Source: Vicinamibacteria bacterium (GTDB taxonomy: Bacteria; Acidobacteriota; Vicinamibacteria; Marinacidobacterales; Marinacidobacteraceae). Taken from it: 64,000 bases of DNA. The position numbers were made by a program, and so were the translations under genes. The DNA is taken from contig OZ219816.1 of assembly GCA_964291235.2 (NCBI GenBank), forward strand, positions 2,043,729 to 2,107,728, in the 5' to 3' direction. The notes under the pieces were generated by a model, which searched no databases, was not told the origin of the DNA, and saw nothing but the letters and a program-made list of their open reading frames with translations. Positions within the stretch are counted from its first letter, which is position 1; every line of letters begins with the position of its first letter. This document shows, in pieces, positions 1-10,595 of the stretch.

Positions 1-689
1 CTCCCGAGAATCCGCCGGGCGAACGGAGATACCCCTTTCCCGTCGCGCACGACGTCCCGGACGAGCCTCCGGGCTGCCTTCCAGTCCGCCTCCAATTCCT
101 CAAGAAAACCGCTCAGCGTGGACGGGTTCGTGGCGTAGAGGATCCCGGGATTCGAGAGCGTGAGCACCAGCAAGCGCAGCGCGGTGGCCCCGTACCGGTC
201 CTTCAGATCGAGGAAAGCCGGATCCGACTGAGCGCGGTAGGGAGCCTGGAGCAACACGAACCAGGGCGGTGCGCGGCGCTCGCGGACGAGCAGCCAGCTC
301 AGCGAGCGATCCGGCTCAAGCGCCCCGAAGACGTAAAGGCTGGGACGCCGGATCCGGCGCTCCGCAATGAGGCGGAGCATCCCGTCCACGAATACGGCGC
401 GGGTCGCTCGCACCCGCTCCGGCGAATACGGGATGCGTTTCGGCTCACCCGCGGTGCCGGAGGTGAGTGCTACCGGGGTCCCGCTGCGGTCATCCACCGC
501 CGGCAGCGCAGGAGTGACCGGGGTGGCGGAAGTGATTCCCAGGCGCCTCGGCAGACGTCGTTCGCGATACGGATGGAGCCGCAGCCGCGCCCGGTGGCGC
601 AAAACGGCGGCGAGGCCCGCCAGGTGCAGGAGGGCGCCAATGGCCGAGCGACCGAGGTCATTCAGGAAACCTCGGAAATCGCGCCTCAA
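1..689 (-). CDS. GH3-family acyl-adenylate-forming amido synthetase (5' part only; runs off the window edge)
   Basis: Not in the ORF track. Manual minus-strand translation gives LTSGTAGEPKRIPYS (GH3 motif 1, S/TSGT..xK.IP) and YATNPSTL, open to position 1. The probable TTG start overlaps the upstream TGA (TTGA, 686-689). Confidence 0.75.
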   Translation of the reverse strand, partial: MRRDFRGFLNDLGRSAIGALLHLAGLAAVLRHRARLRLHPYRERRLPRRLGITSATPVTPALPAVDDRSGTPVALTSGTAGEPKRIPYSPERVRATRAVFVDGMLRLIAERRIRRPSLYVFGALEPDRSLSWLLVRERRAPPWFVLLQAPYRAQSDPAFLDLKDRYGATALRLLVLTLSNPGILYATNPSTLSGFLEELEADWKAARRLVRDVVRDGKGVSPFARRILG

Positions 690-2068
690 TGAGGGCGCAC
701 CCAAGGCTCTCCCGAGCGCAGGAACGGCGGATCGGCCAAGGGCGCCACGAAGGCGTTCGCGATGAAGTCGATGTCTTCCTCGCGGAGGAGGGCGGGATCC
801 CAGGTGATCGTGACCACGGTCTGGTCGCTCTGAGACATGGCTGCGAAGTAGAGCGGATGCTGGCGGTGCAGGCAGCCGATCACCTCCATACCCGACACGT
901 CGTTCAGCACCGGGTCGTCATCTCCCGGCCAGTGCTCCAGATGGGTGAAGCCGGCGCTCCCGAAGTCCGCCCACGGCCGGTAGAGCCACCGGCGGAGGAA
1001 CGGCGCCGCGACCGGAAAGAGCGCGGGAGGCACCGGCAGCGCGGGAATGGCCCATTCCCCCTGGCGTTTTTTCCGGTACACCAGCCGGCGCACCGAGCGG
1101 CAGCGCTCGAGAAACATCCGGCTCCTGACGGCGGACAACGGTTCCCGGTGAATCCGGATCCGCGAGGCGCCGTTTCCGAACCCGCGAAGCCACTCCTGCC
1201 GGGTGTTCACCGGCACCCACAAACCGATCCGATCCGCGGCCGCTCCACGATGCTCGTTCCAGGCCGCCAGCGCATCGAGCGCCGCCGCGAGCAGGCAGTC
1301 GTTCCAGCGGAATCCCCCGACCGTCTGCGCCAGGGAGGTAAGCGGCTCGCGCGGCACCTCGAAGGTGCGCCAGCAGCGGGCCGCCGACGGCGGCCCCGGA
1401 CGCGTCGCGACGGGAGTGGAGGACCGGGCGCCGGGATTCCGGCGAGCCCCCTTGGGGGCTTCGTGGAGTTTGAGCGATCCGCGTTGCGGGCGGGGAAGCA
1501 TCGTGTCGAGGCCGCGCGCCATCCGTAGTTGCCGCTGCACGAAGAGCAGCGTCCCGACGAGGTCGGACGCGGCATGGTGTACCTGGGTGACGAGGCTCCA
1601 GGAAGAGGGATCCCCGATTCCGAGCAACATCTGCCGCAGCGGAGGCCCCGCGGCGAGCGGGAACGGGGCCTCCAGAAACTCCTGGATCCGGGCAATGCGC
1701 TCTCCCTCCGGGAAGACCCGGATCGCGAGAGCGGGAGGCGCCGCGGGCTGCGGTTCCCACCTCGGTATGTCGAACGGCGGCCGGTACAGCCGGCTCGACG
1801 AGACCGGGTACACCAGGCGCGCGCCCTGAGCTCCGCGGTAGAGCGGCTCGAAGTCCGTCAGCGCCTGGGACGACTGGCCGAGATCGAGTACGAACGCGAA
1901 GTCCAGTGGGCGTTCGGTCGAGTCCGCCAGCAGACACGCCAGGTCCGGCGTCGCGAGCGGGATGCGTCCGGTCAGGCGGCTTCCGACGGCGTTTCGCGCC
2001 AGATGTCGCGCCGGGGGATCCAGCGCCGATCGGGATCGCGCTCGACAAGCTGGTGGAGCTCGATCCAC
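686..2068 (-). CDS. Stand-alone condensation-domain / CoA-dependent acyltransferase (PapA5/WS-DGAT-like fold)
   Basis: VHHAASDLVG (HHxxxD motif), PFPLAAGPPLR, WVPVNTR...FGNG. The true start is uncertain and may lie near 1975, coupled to the desaturase stop. Confidence 0.7.
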   Translation of the reverse strand: MDRAPPACRARSRSALDPPARHLARNAVGSRLTGRIPLATPDLACLLADSTERPLDFAFVLDLGQSSQALTDFEPLYRGAQGARLVYPVSSSRLYRPPFDIPRWEPQPAAPPALAIRVFPEGERIARIQEFLEAPFPLAAGPPLRQMLLGIGDPSSWSLVTQVHHAASDLVGTLLFVQRQLRMARGLDTMLPRPQRGSLKLHEAPKGARRNPGARSSTPVATRPGPPSAARCWRTFEVPREPLTSLAQTVGGFRWNDCLLAAALDALAAWNEHRGAAADRIGLWVPVNTRQEWLRGFGNGASRIRIHREPLSAVRSRMFLERCRSVRRLVYRKKRQGEWAIPALPVPPALFPVAAPFLRRWLYRPWADFGSAGFTHLEHWPGDDDPVLNDVSGMEVIGCLHRQHPLYFAAMSQSDQTVVTITWDPALLREEDIDFIANAFVAPLADPPFLRSGEPWVRPH

Positions 2069-2832
2069 GCGAGGTGCGGTCTCAGGTGGTGTTCCCGATG
2101 CATCGACAACCCGAAAGAGAACCAGTAAGCCAAACGGCCGAAGTAGTTGTGGGACCGGGCCGCGGGATCGCCGGTGGAGTACCCCTCATGGGTGAGATGG
2201 GCGAAGGGAATCCAGAGCACGAGCGATACCAGCACGCAGACCGGCAAGACCCCGGACACCAACCGCCAGGGGCCGACCAGCGCGGCGACCGGAAGATAGC
2301 AGGCCGCGATCGCCAGGTAGTTCCACACGAGATCGCGCGCATGGCCCCTTGGGAGGCCGCCGTGTCGCCGAATCCAGAAGAACCATTGGTGCGGCATCGC
2401 GAGTGCCCGAAACGGGAGTTGCCAGCGGTGGGGCGTGTCCAGGAATAGATCCGGATCCTTCCCCGGCTGGTTGGTGTACTGGTGGTGCTGGAGGTGGGTG
2501 CCCCGGAAATTCGTGAAGGGAACCAGGCACGGCACGAGGGCCAGGCGGCCCCAGAAGGTGTTGGCCCGGCGCGTCCCGCCGAGAAGGCCGTGAACGCCTT
2601 CATGGGCCATCACCGTGCCGACGAAGGCGAGCCAGGTGCGGAAGAGCAGGTCCGCAGTCCAGCCCCACCAGGTGGTGGGAACCACGAGCAGCCCGGCAAA
2701 ACTCAGCGTCATCAGCGAGAGAATTACCGTCCGGCTCAAAAGGTGCACCCGGCGAACCCGCCAGCGGCGGAGCGGCGCCGCAGTGGCGGGAGAATGGGCG
2801 CCGGGAACTGCGCGGTAGCGGTCTTCCGTCAC
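1972..2832 (-). CDS. Membrane fatty acid desaturase family protein
   Basis: Three His boxes (HEGVH, HLQHH, HREHH) separated by hydrophobic segments. Confidence 0.88.
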   Translation of the reverse strand: MTEDRYRAVPGAHSPATAAPLRRWRVRRVHLLSRTVILSLMTLSFAGLLVVPTTWWGWTADLLFRTWLAFVGTVMAHEGVHGLLGGTRRANTFWGRLALVPCLVPFTNFRGTHLQHHQYTNQPGKDPDLFLDTPHRWQLPFRALAMPHQWFFWIRRHGGLPRGHARDLVWNYLAIAACYLPVAALVGPWRLVSGVLPVCVLVSLVLWIPFAHLTHEGYSTGDPAARSHNYFGRLAYWFSFGLSMHREHHLRPHLAWIELHQLVERDPDRRWIPRRDIWRETPSEAA

Positions 2833-2948
2833 GGCCGTTCCTTACAACTTGTCCGGTCTTCACTCTAGCATTCGCCGTACCGCGAGATGGTCGGCCGGCA
2901 GGCCGCGCGTCAGCGGCCCAATTCCCGGAAGAAGGAGGGAAGCGCTCC

Positions 2949-5900
2949 ATGCCCCCAGCCACCTGTGACAACGGCTATTTCCCCGCGGCAACCCGGCTCT
3001 CCCGGCGCCGCAAATCCACGGCGTGGCTCACGGCGGCAATCCTGGTGGCCGGCAGTCTCGCGGCTGGCCAGACCGCCGACTCGGATTCCGGATCGGTCGC
3101 CACCGCAATCGGGGGTCTGAAGCTCCGCGGCATTGGCCCGGCCCTCATGGGCGGCCGCATCGCCGACATCGCGGTGCATCCGGAGCGGCGGTCCACCTGG
3201 TACGTCGTGGTGGGTTCCGGCGGGCTCTGGAAGACCGAAAACGGTGGCACCACCTGGAAACCGATCTTCGACGAGTATCCGTCCTATTCCATCGGGACGG
3301 TGGCGCTCGACCCGTCGAACCCGGAGGTCGTATGGCTCGGCACCGGAGAGAACGTGAGCGGCCGCCACGTCGGCTGGGGCGACGGGGTGTACCGCAGCCG
3401 GGACGGTGGCGCCTCGTGGGACCAGGTCGGCCTGGCCGGTTCGCAGCACATCGGCAAGATCCTGGTGGATCCGCGCGACAGCGACACGGTGCTGGTGGCC
3501 GCCGAGGGACCGCTGTGGAACGGTGGGGGCGAGCGGGGCGTGTACCGGACCGAGGACGGAGGCACTACCTGGACGCAGACGCTCGACCTCGGCCCCGATA
3601 CGGGAACGACCGACCTGGAATTCGCGCCGGACGACCCGGACACCGTTTACGCCGCGGCCTACCAGCGGCGCCGGCACGTCTGGTCGTTCCTCGCTGGCGG
3701 CCCCGGTTCCGGAATCCACAAATCCGACGACGGCGGCCGCACCTTCCGGAAGATCACGACCGGCCTCCCCAAGGGAGACATCGGGAAGATCGGGCTCGCG
3801 GTGACGCCCGCCGACCCGCGCCTCGTCTACGCGACGATCGAGGCCGACGAGGAGGAACGGGGCTTTTACCGCTCGACCGACCGGGGCGAGAGCTTCGAAC
3901 GCCGCAACCCGTACATCTCGGGTGGCACCGGGCCGCACTATTACCAGGAGATCGAGGCGTCCCCCACCGATCCGGACCTCGTTTACCAGATGGACGTCTT
4001 CTTCCACGTCACCCGGGACGGGGGCAAGACCTTCGACTATCTCGGCACCGGGCGCGAAAAGCACAGCGACAACCACGCCCTCTGGATCGACCCCGATGAC
4101 CCCGGCCACCTGCTCGGCGGCACGGACTCGGGGCTCTACGAGACCTACGACGAGGGCGTGACCTGGCGCCACTTCCCGAACATGCCGGTCTCGCAGTTCT
4201 ACAAAGTGGCCCTCAGCAACGCCGAACCGTTCTACGACGTGCTCGGGGGGGCGCAGGACCTCGGCACCGTGCACGGTCCCTCCCGGACGCTGAACATGGA
4301 GGGGGTGCGGAACCGCGACTGGTACGTGCCGCTCGGAGCGGACGGCTACGGGGTGGACATCGACCCGCGCGACCCGGACATCATGTACCTGATGACCCAG
4401 CAGGGGAACCTCTACCGGGCCGACCGGTCGAGCGATGAGGTGCTGCACATCGGACCGGTTGCCGCCTCCGGCGAGGCGCCCGAGCGCTGGAACTGGGACT
4501 CCCCCATCTTCATCAGCCCGCACAACGCCGACCGCCTGTATTTCGGTTCGCAGCGGGTGTGGCGCAGCGAGGACCGCGGCCAGTCCTGGACCGCGATCAG
4601 CGGTGACCTGACCACCGGCCGGAACCGCTACGAACTCCCCTTCTACGACCGGATCTGGAGCGTGGACGCGCTCCACGACACGAACGCCATGTCGCGCTAC
4701 GCGACGCTGACCGCGATGACCGAATCACCGGTGGCCGAGGGCGTGCTCTTCGCGGCGAGCGACGACGGACTCGTCCACTCGAGCACGGACGGCGGCGTCA
4801 ACTGGACGCGCACCGCGGCACTTCCCGACCTCCCCGCACTTTCCTTCGTAAACGACATCGAGGCCTCCCAACACGACGCGGACACGGTGTTCGTGGCGGC
4901 CGACAACCACAAGATGGGAGACTTCCGGACGTATCTCTTCCGGAGCCGCGACCGCGGCGCTTCCTGGGAGTCCATCGCGGGCGATTTGCCGGACGGCACC
5001 ATCGTCTGGGCCATCCAGCAGGACCACCAGGAGCCGGACCTCCTGTTCCTGGGGGCGGAGTTCGGGCTCCACATCTCCTGGAACGGCGGGACGAACTGGG
5101 TGAAGCTGAAGGGCGCCCCCACGATCTCGTTCCGCGATGTGAAGGTGCAGCGCCGGGACGACGACCTGGTAGGGGCGACGTTCGGCCGGGGGTTCTACGT
5201 GCTGGACGACTTCACCCCGCTGCGGACCATGGCCGCGGCGGTCCGGTCCGGCGACTCGGTGCTCTTTCCGCTCCGCGACGCGTGGTGGTACGTGCCCTCG
5301 GTGCCGGCCCAGGCCCCCGGCCGTCCCACCCAGGGCAGCACCGCGTTCGTTGCCGACAATCCGCCGTTCGGTGCGGTCTTCACTTACTACCTCGCCGAGG
5401 ACCTGAAGACAGCGCAGCAGGAGCGGCGCGATACCGAGAAGGGAACCCGCGAGGAGGGGGGTGACATCGCCTTTCCCGGGTTCGATACCTTGCGGATCGA
5501 GGAGCTGGAGGCGGACCCGGCGATATTCGTGGTGATCCGGGACGGGAATGGGCAGCCGGTGCGGCGCGTCGCCGGGCCGGCGAAAAAGGGCGTCCACCGG
5601 GTGGCGTGGGATCTTCGCGGCCCGGCCCCGAATCCCGTAAATCTGGCGACTCCGGGCTTCTCACCTCCCTGGGTCCGGCCGCCCCTGGGACCGCTGGCGG
5701 CGCCCGGCGAGTACACCGCGCAACTCGTCGCGGTCACTCGCGACGGGGCCCGCAGCCTCGGCGAACCACAACGCTTCGGGGTGAAGCCGGTGCCGAACCT
5801 GCCCGAGGGGGTGGATCCGGCAGCGGTGGCGGCCTTCCAGCAGGAGACCGCGGCGTTGCTCCGCCGGGTCCACGGCGCGGCGGCCGAGGCCGGCCGGGTC

Positions 5901-6284
5901 CGCGAGCGGCTCCGCCACCTGCGGGCGGCCCTGAACGAAACCCCGCGCGCCGAGGAGGCGCTCTGCGGGCGGATGGACACGATCCTGCGGACGCTTTCGG
6001 ACCTTGAAGTCCGGCTCAACGGCGACCCGGCGCGCCAGTCGCGGAACCATCCGGCGGCGCCCTCCATCCGGGGCCGCGTTAGGGGCATCGCGAGTGGCCA
6101 CTGGGAGAGCCGGCAGACGCCCACCGAGACCCAGCGCGCGAGCCTTCGCATCGCCGCCGGGGAGTTCGAAACGCTCCAGGGCGAGCTGCGGACGCTGGTG
6201 GACCAGGATCTCGGCCAGCTCGAAGCGGACCTCGAGGCGGCGGGCGCCCCCTGGACGCCGGGGAGGAAGATCCCGGGGCGGTAG
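2949..6284 (+). CDS. Secreted VPS10/BNR (Asp-box) beta-propeller protein, glycosyl hydrolase-like
   Basis: Signal-like N-terminus, GPALMGGRIADIAV, many SxDGGxTW Asp-box repeats, C-terminal helical region. Confidence 0.85.
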   Translation: MPPATCDNGYFPAATRLSRRRKSTAWLTAAILVAGSLAAGQTADSDSGSVATAIGGLKLRGIGPALMGGRIADIAVHPERRSTWYVVVGSGGLWKTENGGTTWKPIFDEYPSYSIGTVALDPSNPEVVWLGTGENVSGRHVGWGDGVYRSRDGGASWDQVGLAGSQHIGKILVDPRDSDTVLVAAEGPLWNGGGERGVYRTEDGGTTWTQTLDLGPDTGTTDLEFAPDDPDTVYAAAYQRRRHVWSFLAGGPGSGIHKSDDGGRTFRKITTGLPKGDIGKIGLAVTPADPRLVYATIEADEEERGFYRSTDRGESFERRNPYISGGTGPHYYQEIEASPTDPDLVYQMDVFFHVTRDGGKTFDYLGTGREKHSDNHALWIDPDDPGHLLGGTDSGLYETYDEGVTWRHFPNMPVSQFYKVALSNAEPFYDVLGGAQDLGTVHGPSRTLNMEGVRNRDWYVPLGADGYGVDIDPRDPDIMYLMTQQGNLYRADRSSDEVLHIGPVAASGEAPERWNWDSPIFISPHNADRLYFGSQRVWRSEDRGQSWTAISGDLTTGRNRYELPFYDRIWSVDALHDTNAMSRYATLTAMTESPVAEGVLFAASDDGLVHSSTDGGVNWTRTAALPDLPALSFVNDIEASQHDADTVFVAADNHKMGDFRTYLFRSRDRGASWESIAGDLPDGTIVWAIQQDHQEPDLLFLGAEFGLHISWNGGTNWVKLKGAPTISFRDVKVQRRDDDLVGATFGRGFYVLDDFTPLRTMAAAVRSGDSVLFPLRDAWWYVPSVPAQAPGRPTQGSTAFVADNPPFGAVFTYYLAEDLKTAQQERRDTEKGTREEGGDIAFPGFDTLRIEELEADPAIFVVIRDGNGQPVRRVAGPAKKGVHRVAWDLRGPAPNPVNLATPGFSPPWVRPPLGPLAAPGEYTAQLVAVTRDGARSLGEPQRFGVKPVPNLPEGVDPAAVAAFQQETAALLRRVHGAAAEAGRVRERLRHLRAALNETPRAEEALCGRMDTILRTLSDLEVRLNGDPARQSRNHPAAPSIRGRVRGIASGHWESRQTPTETQRASLRIAAGEFETLQGELRTLVDQDLGQLEADLEAAGAPWTPGRKIPGR

Positions 6285-6297
6285 GCGCCGAGCCGCG

Positions 6298-7023
6298 CTA
6301 CCGCACCGTCCGCGAGTACCACCCGCTCCACACCCTCTTCCGCCGCCGGAACATCCACAGGAAGAGCGGGTTCGTCCAGATCAGGATCTTCCACAGGGGC
6401 CACGTATCGAAGCGGCGCGTGGAAGGCCGGACGCGCGGCTTCCGGATTCGCCGGATCCGCCGGCCGGTCTTCCGGCCGAGTCTCCCGAGACGCCAGATGA
6501 AGTCGACGTCCTCCCCGATCCAGTTCCGTTCGTCGTATCCCTCGACCTGATCGAAGGCGTCCCGGCGAGCAAACTGCGCCGCACCCACCACCATCCCGGT
6601 ACCCCGGACCAGGAAGCGCCACGCGTTCAAGTGGAGCCTTACCAGGAATCGCCGGGCCCGCCACTCCGTCTCCACTCCTCCGCCGATGCAGTGCGCATCG
6701 CCCATCGCCTCGCGGATGGCACTCAGGAACTCCGGCGGGACGACGACGTCCGCATCCACGAAGACCAACACGTCACCCTTCGCCCGCTGGGCGCCCGCGT
6801 TCCGGGCCCGGGCGATGCTCCGCACCGGCTCGTAGACCACCGTCGCCCCCCGTTGGCGCGCAAGCGAAGCGGTCCCGTCGCGGCTGTCGTTGTCCACGAC
6901 GATCGTCTCGACGTCCACGCCGGCCCGGGAGCGCAGCACGTCAGCCGCGGCCCGGAGCGCATCCAGTGTCGCGCCCAGGTAGGCCTCTTCGTTGAAGGCG
7001 GGAACGACGACGGAGAGCCTCAT
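6298..7023 (-). CDS. Glycosyltransferase family 2
   Basis: SVVVPAFNEE, VVDNDSRDGT, FVDAD (DxD), GED motifs. Confidence 0.9.
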   Translation of the reverse strand: MRLSVVVPAFNEEAYLGATLDALRAAADVLRSRAGVDVETIVVDNDSRDGTASLARQRGATVVYEPVRSIARARNAGAQRAKGDVLVFVDADVVVPPEFLSAIREAMGDAHCIGGGVETEWRARRFLVRLHLNAWRFLVRGTGMVVGAAQFARRDAFDQVEGYDERNWIGEDVDFIWRLGRLGRKTGRRIRRIRKPRVRPSTRRFDTWPLWKILIWTNPLFLWMFRRRKRVWSGWYSRTVR

Positions 7024-7063
7024 TCCGCCCGGATCGGTTCCCTCCGGTCGGGACGCTCCACCC

Positions 7064-8824
7064 TCAACGCTGGTCCGCGATCCAGCGGCGGATGACGGTG
7101 TCCAGCACCGGCAGCGTCACCGGGCCGTTCAGCAGCACCGCGTCATGGAAGGCGCGAATGTCGAAGGCGTCGCCGAGTTCGGTCTCGGCAAGGGCGCGCA
7201 GTTCCCGGATCTTGAGTTCCCCCATCTTGTAGCCGAGGGCCTGGCCCGGCCAGGCGATGTAGCGGTCTGTTTCGGTGGTGATCTCGTGGATGGAGAGCGC
7301 GGTGTTGGCGGCGAGGTAGTCGAGGGTCTGCTGGCGGGTCCAGCCGAGCGCGTGCATCCCGGTGTCCACCACCAGGCGGCACGCCCGCCACATCTCGTAG
7401 GTCAACCGCCCGAAATTGTTGTAGGGATCCTCGTAGAAGCCGACCTCGAGGCCGAGCCGCTCCGAATACAGCCCCCACCCCTCGCCGTAGGCGCCGATCC
7501 CGTAGTAGCGGCGGAACTCGGGCAGGTCGAGTTCCTTGGCGAGGGCGTTTTGCAGGTGGTGCCCCGGAACGGCCTCATGGAGCGACAGCGACTCCAGCGT
7601 GTAGAGCGGCCGGCTGTCGAGCTGATAGGTGTTCACCCAGTAGCGGCCCGGTTGGGTCGACGTGAGCGCTGCCCCGACGTAGCGTCCGCCCGTGTACTTC
7701 GGGGCGATGGCGTCCGGGACCGGCTCCACGGTGTAGGGCTGTCGCGGTAGCCGGCCGAAGAGTTGCGGCAGGGCGCCGTCCATTCGCTTCACGATCCACA
7801 TCGCCTCCCGGAGCAACGCCTCCGGGGTGTCCACGTAGAAACGGGAGTCGGTTCGCAGGAACTCGAGGAACTCCGCGAAGGTGCCTTCGAAGCCGGTGGC
7901 CGCCATCGCCTCGTCCATCTCCGCCCGGATTCGTTCCACTTCCCCGAGTCCGACCTGGTGGATCTCCTCGGCGGTCCGGTCGAGGGTGGTGAAGCGACCA
8001 ATCAGGAACGCGTAGTACTCGCGCCCGTTCGGAAGTTCCGAAGCTCCGATGGTGGTCCGCGCGGCGGGCCGGTACTCGTTCTCGAAGAAGTCGAGAAAGG
8101 TCCGGTAGGCCGCCACGGCGCCGACGAGGATCGCTGCCGAGCCGCTTTCGCGCAGCCGGGCCCGCTCTGCCTCGGGAATCCGCTCTGGAAAGGAGGCGAA
8201 GGGAGCGTAGAAGACGCTCGCCTCGGGATCTTCGAGGACGTGGCTGGCGATCGTGACCTCGTAGCCCTCGAGCACCACGCGGGGCACGGTCATTCCGAGT
8301 TCCATTCCGCGCCGCATGAGCGCAATGTGCTCGTCGAAGTAGCGGGGGACATCCCCGAGGAGCGCGATGTAAGCCTCGTAGTCGGCCACCGTGCGCAGCG
8401 GCAGCGAGTTCGGAAGCCGGGCCATCCCGATGTGGAACCCCGAGTCGGCGTTGATCGGGAGGAAATGGCCACCGAAGCGCACATCGCCGATCCGCTCGGC
8501 GAGCATCGCCTCGAAGATGTCCCGGTGGACGAGATCCTGATCCGAGAGCCTTTCGCGGGGAATTTCCAGCAGCCGGTCCCGGAAACCGCTCATCGCGTCC
8601 GCCCGCCGCTCGATGTCCCGCTCGGTCGTGGAGCCGAGCGTGGTGGGGGAGACACCTTCGAGCGAGGCCGCAAAGCGGGGCTCTTCCTGCCGCCGGAATT
8701 CCATGAACTCGTCGAAGAGCGCGTGCAGTTCGGCGTCCTGCGCCGCTGCCGGGACGGGAGCGAGGGAGGCGGCGACAAGCGGGATAAGGATTGCGAGCGT
8801 GGTGCGAAGGGGGATGGAGGTCAC
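7064..8824 (-). CDS. DUF885 family protein (secreted, metallopeptidase-like)
   Basis: HEAVPGHHLQ, EGWGLYSE, RACRLVVDTGMH, PGQALGYKMG; signal peptide. GTG 8824 chosen because TAGCAT lies 7 nt upstream. Confidence 0.9.
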   Translation of the reverse strand: MTSIPLRTTLAILIPLVAASLAPVPAAAQDAELHALFDEFMEFRRQEEPRFAASLEGVSPTTLGSTTERDIERRADAMSGFRDRLLEIPRERLSDQDLVHRDIFEAMLAERIGDVRFGGHFLPINADSGFHIGMARLPNSLPLRTVADYEAYIALLGDVPRYFDEHIALMRRGMELGMTVPRVVLEGYEVTIASHVLEDPEASVFYAPFASFPERIPEAERARLRESGSAAILVGAVAAYRTFLDFFENEYRPAARTTIGASELPNGREYYAFLIGRFTTLDRTAEEIHQVGLGEVERIRAEMDEAMAATGFEGTFAEFLEFLRTDSRFYVDTPEALLREAMWIVKRMDGALPQLFGRLPRQPYTVEPVPDAIAPKYTGGRYVGAALTSTQPGRYWVNTYQLDSRPLYTLESLSLHEAVPGHHLQNALAKELDLPEFRRYYGIGAYGEGWGLYSERLGLEVGFYEDPYNNFGRLTYEMWRACRLVVDTGMHALGWTRQQTLDYLAANTALSIHEITTETDRYIAWPGQALGYKMGELKIRELRALAETELGDAFDIRAFHDAVLLNGPVTLPVLDTVIRRWIADQR

Positions 8825-8886
8825 GGCGGCGATGCTACCGAAGCGAAACGCACCGCCCCGATACACTGGCGAATCGAGGTGGCGTG

Positions 8887-10581
8887 ATGAGCAGGACCAA
8901 CAGGAACGAACACGCTCGCAGGCGGTTCCTCGCCTACTTCTCGGGCACCGGGCTGGGCGCGACGCTCCTGCCGGGCGTGCTCTGGGCCCGCGTGCAGGAG
9001 GAGGGGCCCGAGGGCCTGACCGTCGGCATGATGAAGGAGGCCGCGGCCCTCGCCGGGCTCGACTTCACCGACGAGGAATACGACTTGATGGTGGACGAGG
9101 TGAAGAAGAACTTCGGCCACTACCAGGACATGCGGCAGCGGCGCATCGACAACTCCGTTCCACATCCCCTGTACTTCAACCCCGCCGTTCCCGGGATGAC
9201 GTTCGACCGCTTCGAGCGGGAAATGCGACAGGGAACGGGGCCCGAGGTGTCGCGCCCCGCGGATCTGGAGGAGGTCGCGTTCTGGCCGATGACCTACCTG
9301 GCGCGGCTCATCGAAACGCGCCAGGTCAGCTCGCTCGAACTGACCGAGATGTACCTCGGCAGACTGGAGCGGTTGAATCGGGTCCTCAACTGCGTCGTGA
9401 CCCTCACCCCGGACCGGGCGCGCCAGCAGGCGGAGGCGGCGGACGAGGAGATCGCGGCCGGCAGCTACCGGGGCCCGCTGCACGGGATCCCCTGGGGCGC
9501 CAAGGACATCATCGCGGTGCGCGGCTACCGCACCACCTGGGGCGTCGGCGCCTTCGAGAACCAGGTCATCGACGTGGACGCCGCCGTCGTGGAGCGCCTC
9601 GATGCCGCGGGCGCGGTGCTGGTCGCCAAGCTCACCACCGGCGAGCTTGCTTTCGGCCACAACTGGTTCGGCGGGCGCACGAACAACCCGTGGAACCCGG
9701 AGGAAGGCTCCAGCGGATCGTCCGCGGGTTCGGGATCGGCGGCCGGTGGCGGCCTGGTGGGATTCGCCATCGGCACCGACACCGGCGGATCCATCCTCTC
9801 GCCCTCGATCCGCTGCGGCGTGGTCGGCCTCCGCCCGACGTTCGGCAGGGTCCCCCGCTCCGGGGTGATGGCCGCGGGGTTCTCGCTCGACAAGATCGGG
9901 CCCATGACGCGCGGCGTGGAGGACGGCGCGCTCATCCTGCACGCCATTGCCGGCCCCGACGGCCAGGACCTCGCCTGCGTCCAGGGGGTTCCCTTCAACT
10001 GGGACGGCGCGGCGTCCGCGAGCGGGCTGCGGATCGGCTATTTCGAGTCCGCGTTCGAGCAGCTCGAGTCGGAGAACGACCCCGAAAACCTCGAGCACGC
10101 CCGCCGAAGCCTCGACACCCTCCGTTCCCTCGGCTACGACCTGAAACCCGTCGAGATTCCCCGCGACCGGCTCATCTACTTCATCGAGTACGTCGAGCGC
10201 TCCACCGGGTTCGACGAGTTCAAGCGCAGCCGCCAGGACGTGAACCTGGTGCGGCAGGGGCACCGCGGCGAGCTGCGCGCCTCGCACCTGGTGCCGGCCG
10301 TCGACTGGCTGCAGGCCAACCGGATCCGCTACCTGTTCATGCAGGAGCTTGCCGGCATCATGGAGGGGCTCGACGCCGTGGTGTCCCCCTGGCGCGCGAT
10401 CAACGCGCTCACCAGCATGACCGGGAACCCGGTGGTGACGGTGCCGAACGGATTCGACCCGGACGGCACCCCGACCGGCATCGCTCTCCTGGGACAGGTC
10501 TATGGCGAGGAGCGGCTCCTGCTCCTCGCGAAGACGCTCCAGGACGCGACCGACTTCCACACCCGGCGTCCGAACCTGTAA
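8887..10581 (+). CDS. Amidase signature family enzyme with Tat-like leader
   Basis: GPLHGIPWGAKD, GSSAGSG, GTDTGGSI (Lys-cisSer-Ser triad); RRRFL leader. Confidence 0.9.
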   Translation: MSRTNRNEHARRRFLAYFSGTGLGATLLPGVLWARVQEEGPEGLTVGMMKEAAALAGLDFTDEEYDLMVDEVKKNFGHYQDMRQRRIDNSVPHPLYFNPAVPGMTFDRFEREMRQGTGPEVSRPADLEEVAFWPMTYLARLIETRQVSSLELTEMYLGRLERLNRVLNCVVTLTPDRARQQAEAADEEIAAGSYRGPLHGIPWGAKDIIAVRGYRTTWGVGAFENQVIDVDAAVVERLDAAGAVLVAKLTTGELAFGHNWFGGRTNNPWNPEEGSSGSSAGSGSAAGGGLVGFAIGTDTGGSILSPSIRCGVVGLRPTFGRVPRSGVMAAGFSLDKIGPMTRGVEDGALILHAIAGPDGQDLACVQGVPFNWDGAASASGLRIGYFESAFEQLESENDPENLEHARRSLDTLRSLGYDLKPVEIPRDRLIYFIEYVERSTGFDEFKRSRQDVNLVRQGHRGELRASHLVPAVDWLQANRIRYLFMQELAGIMEGLDAVVSPWRAINALTSMTGNPVVTVPNGFDPDGTPTGIALLGQVYGEERLLLLAKTLQDATDFHTRRPNL

Positions 10582-10595
10582 CGGCGAGTGGATTT

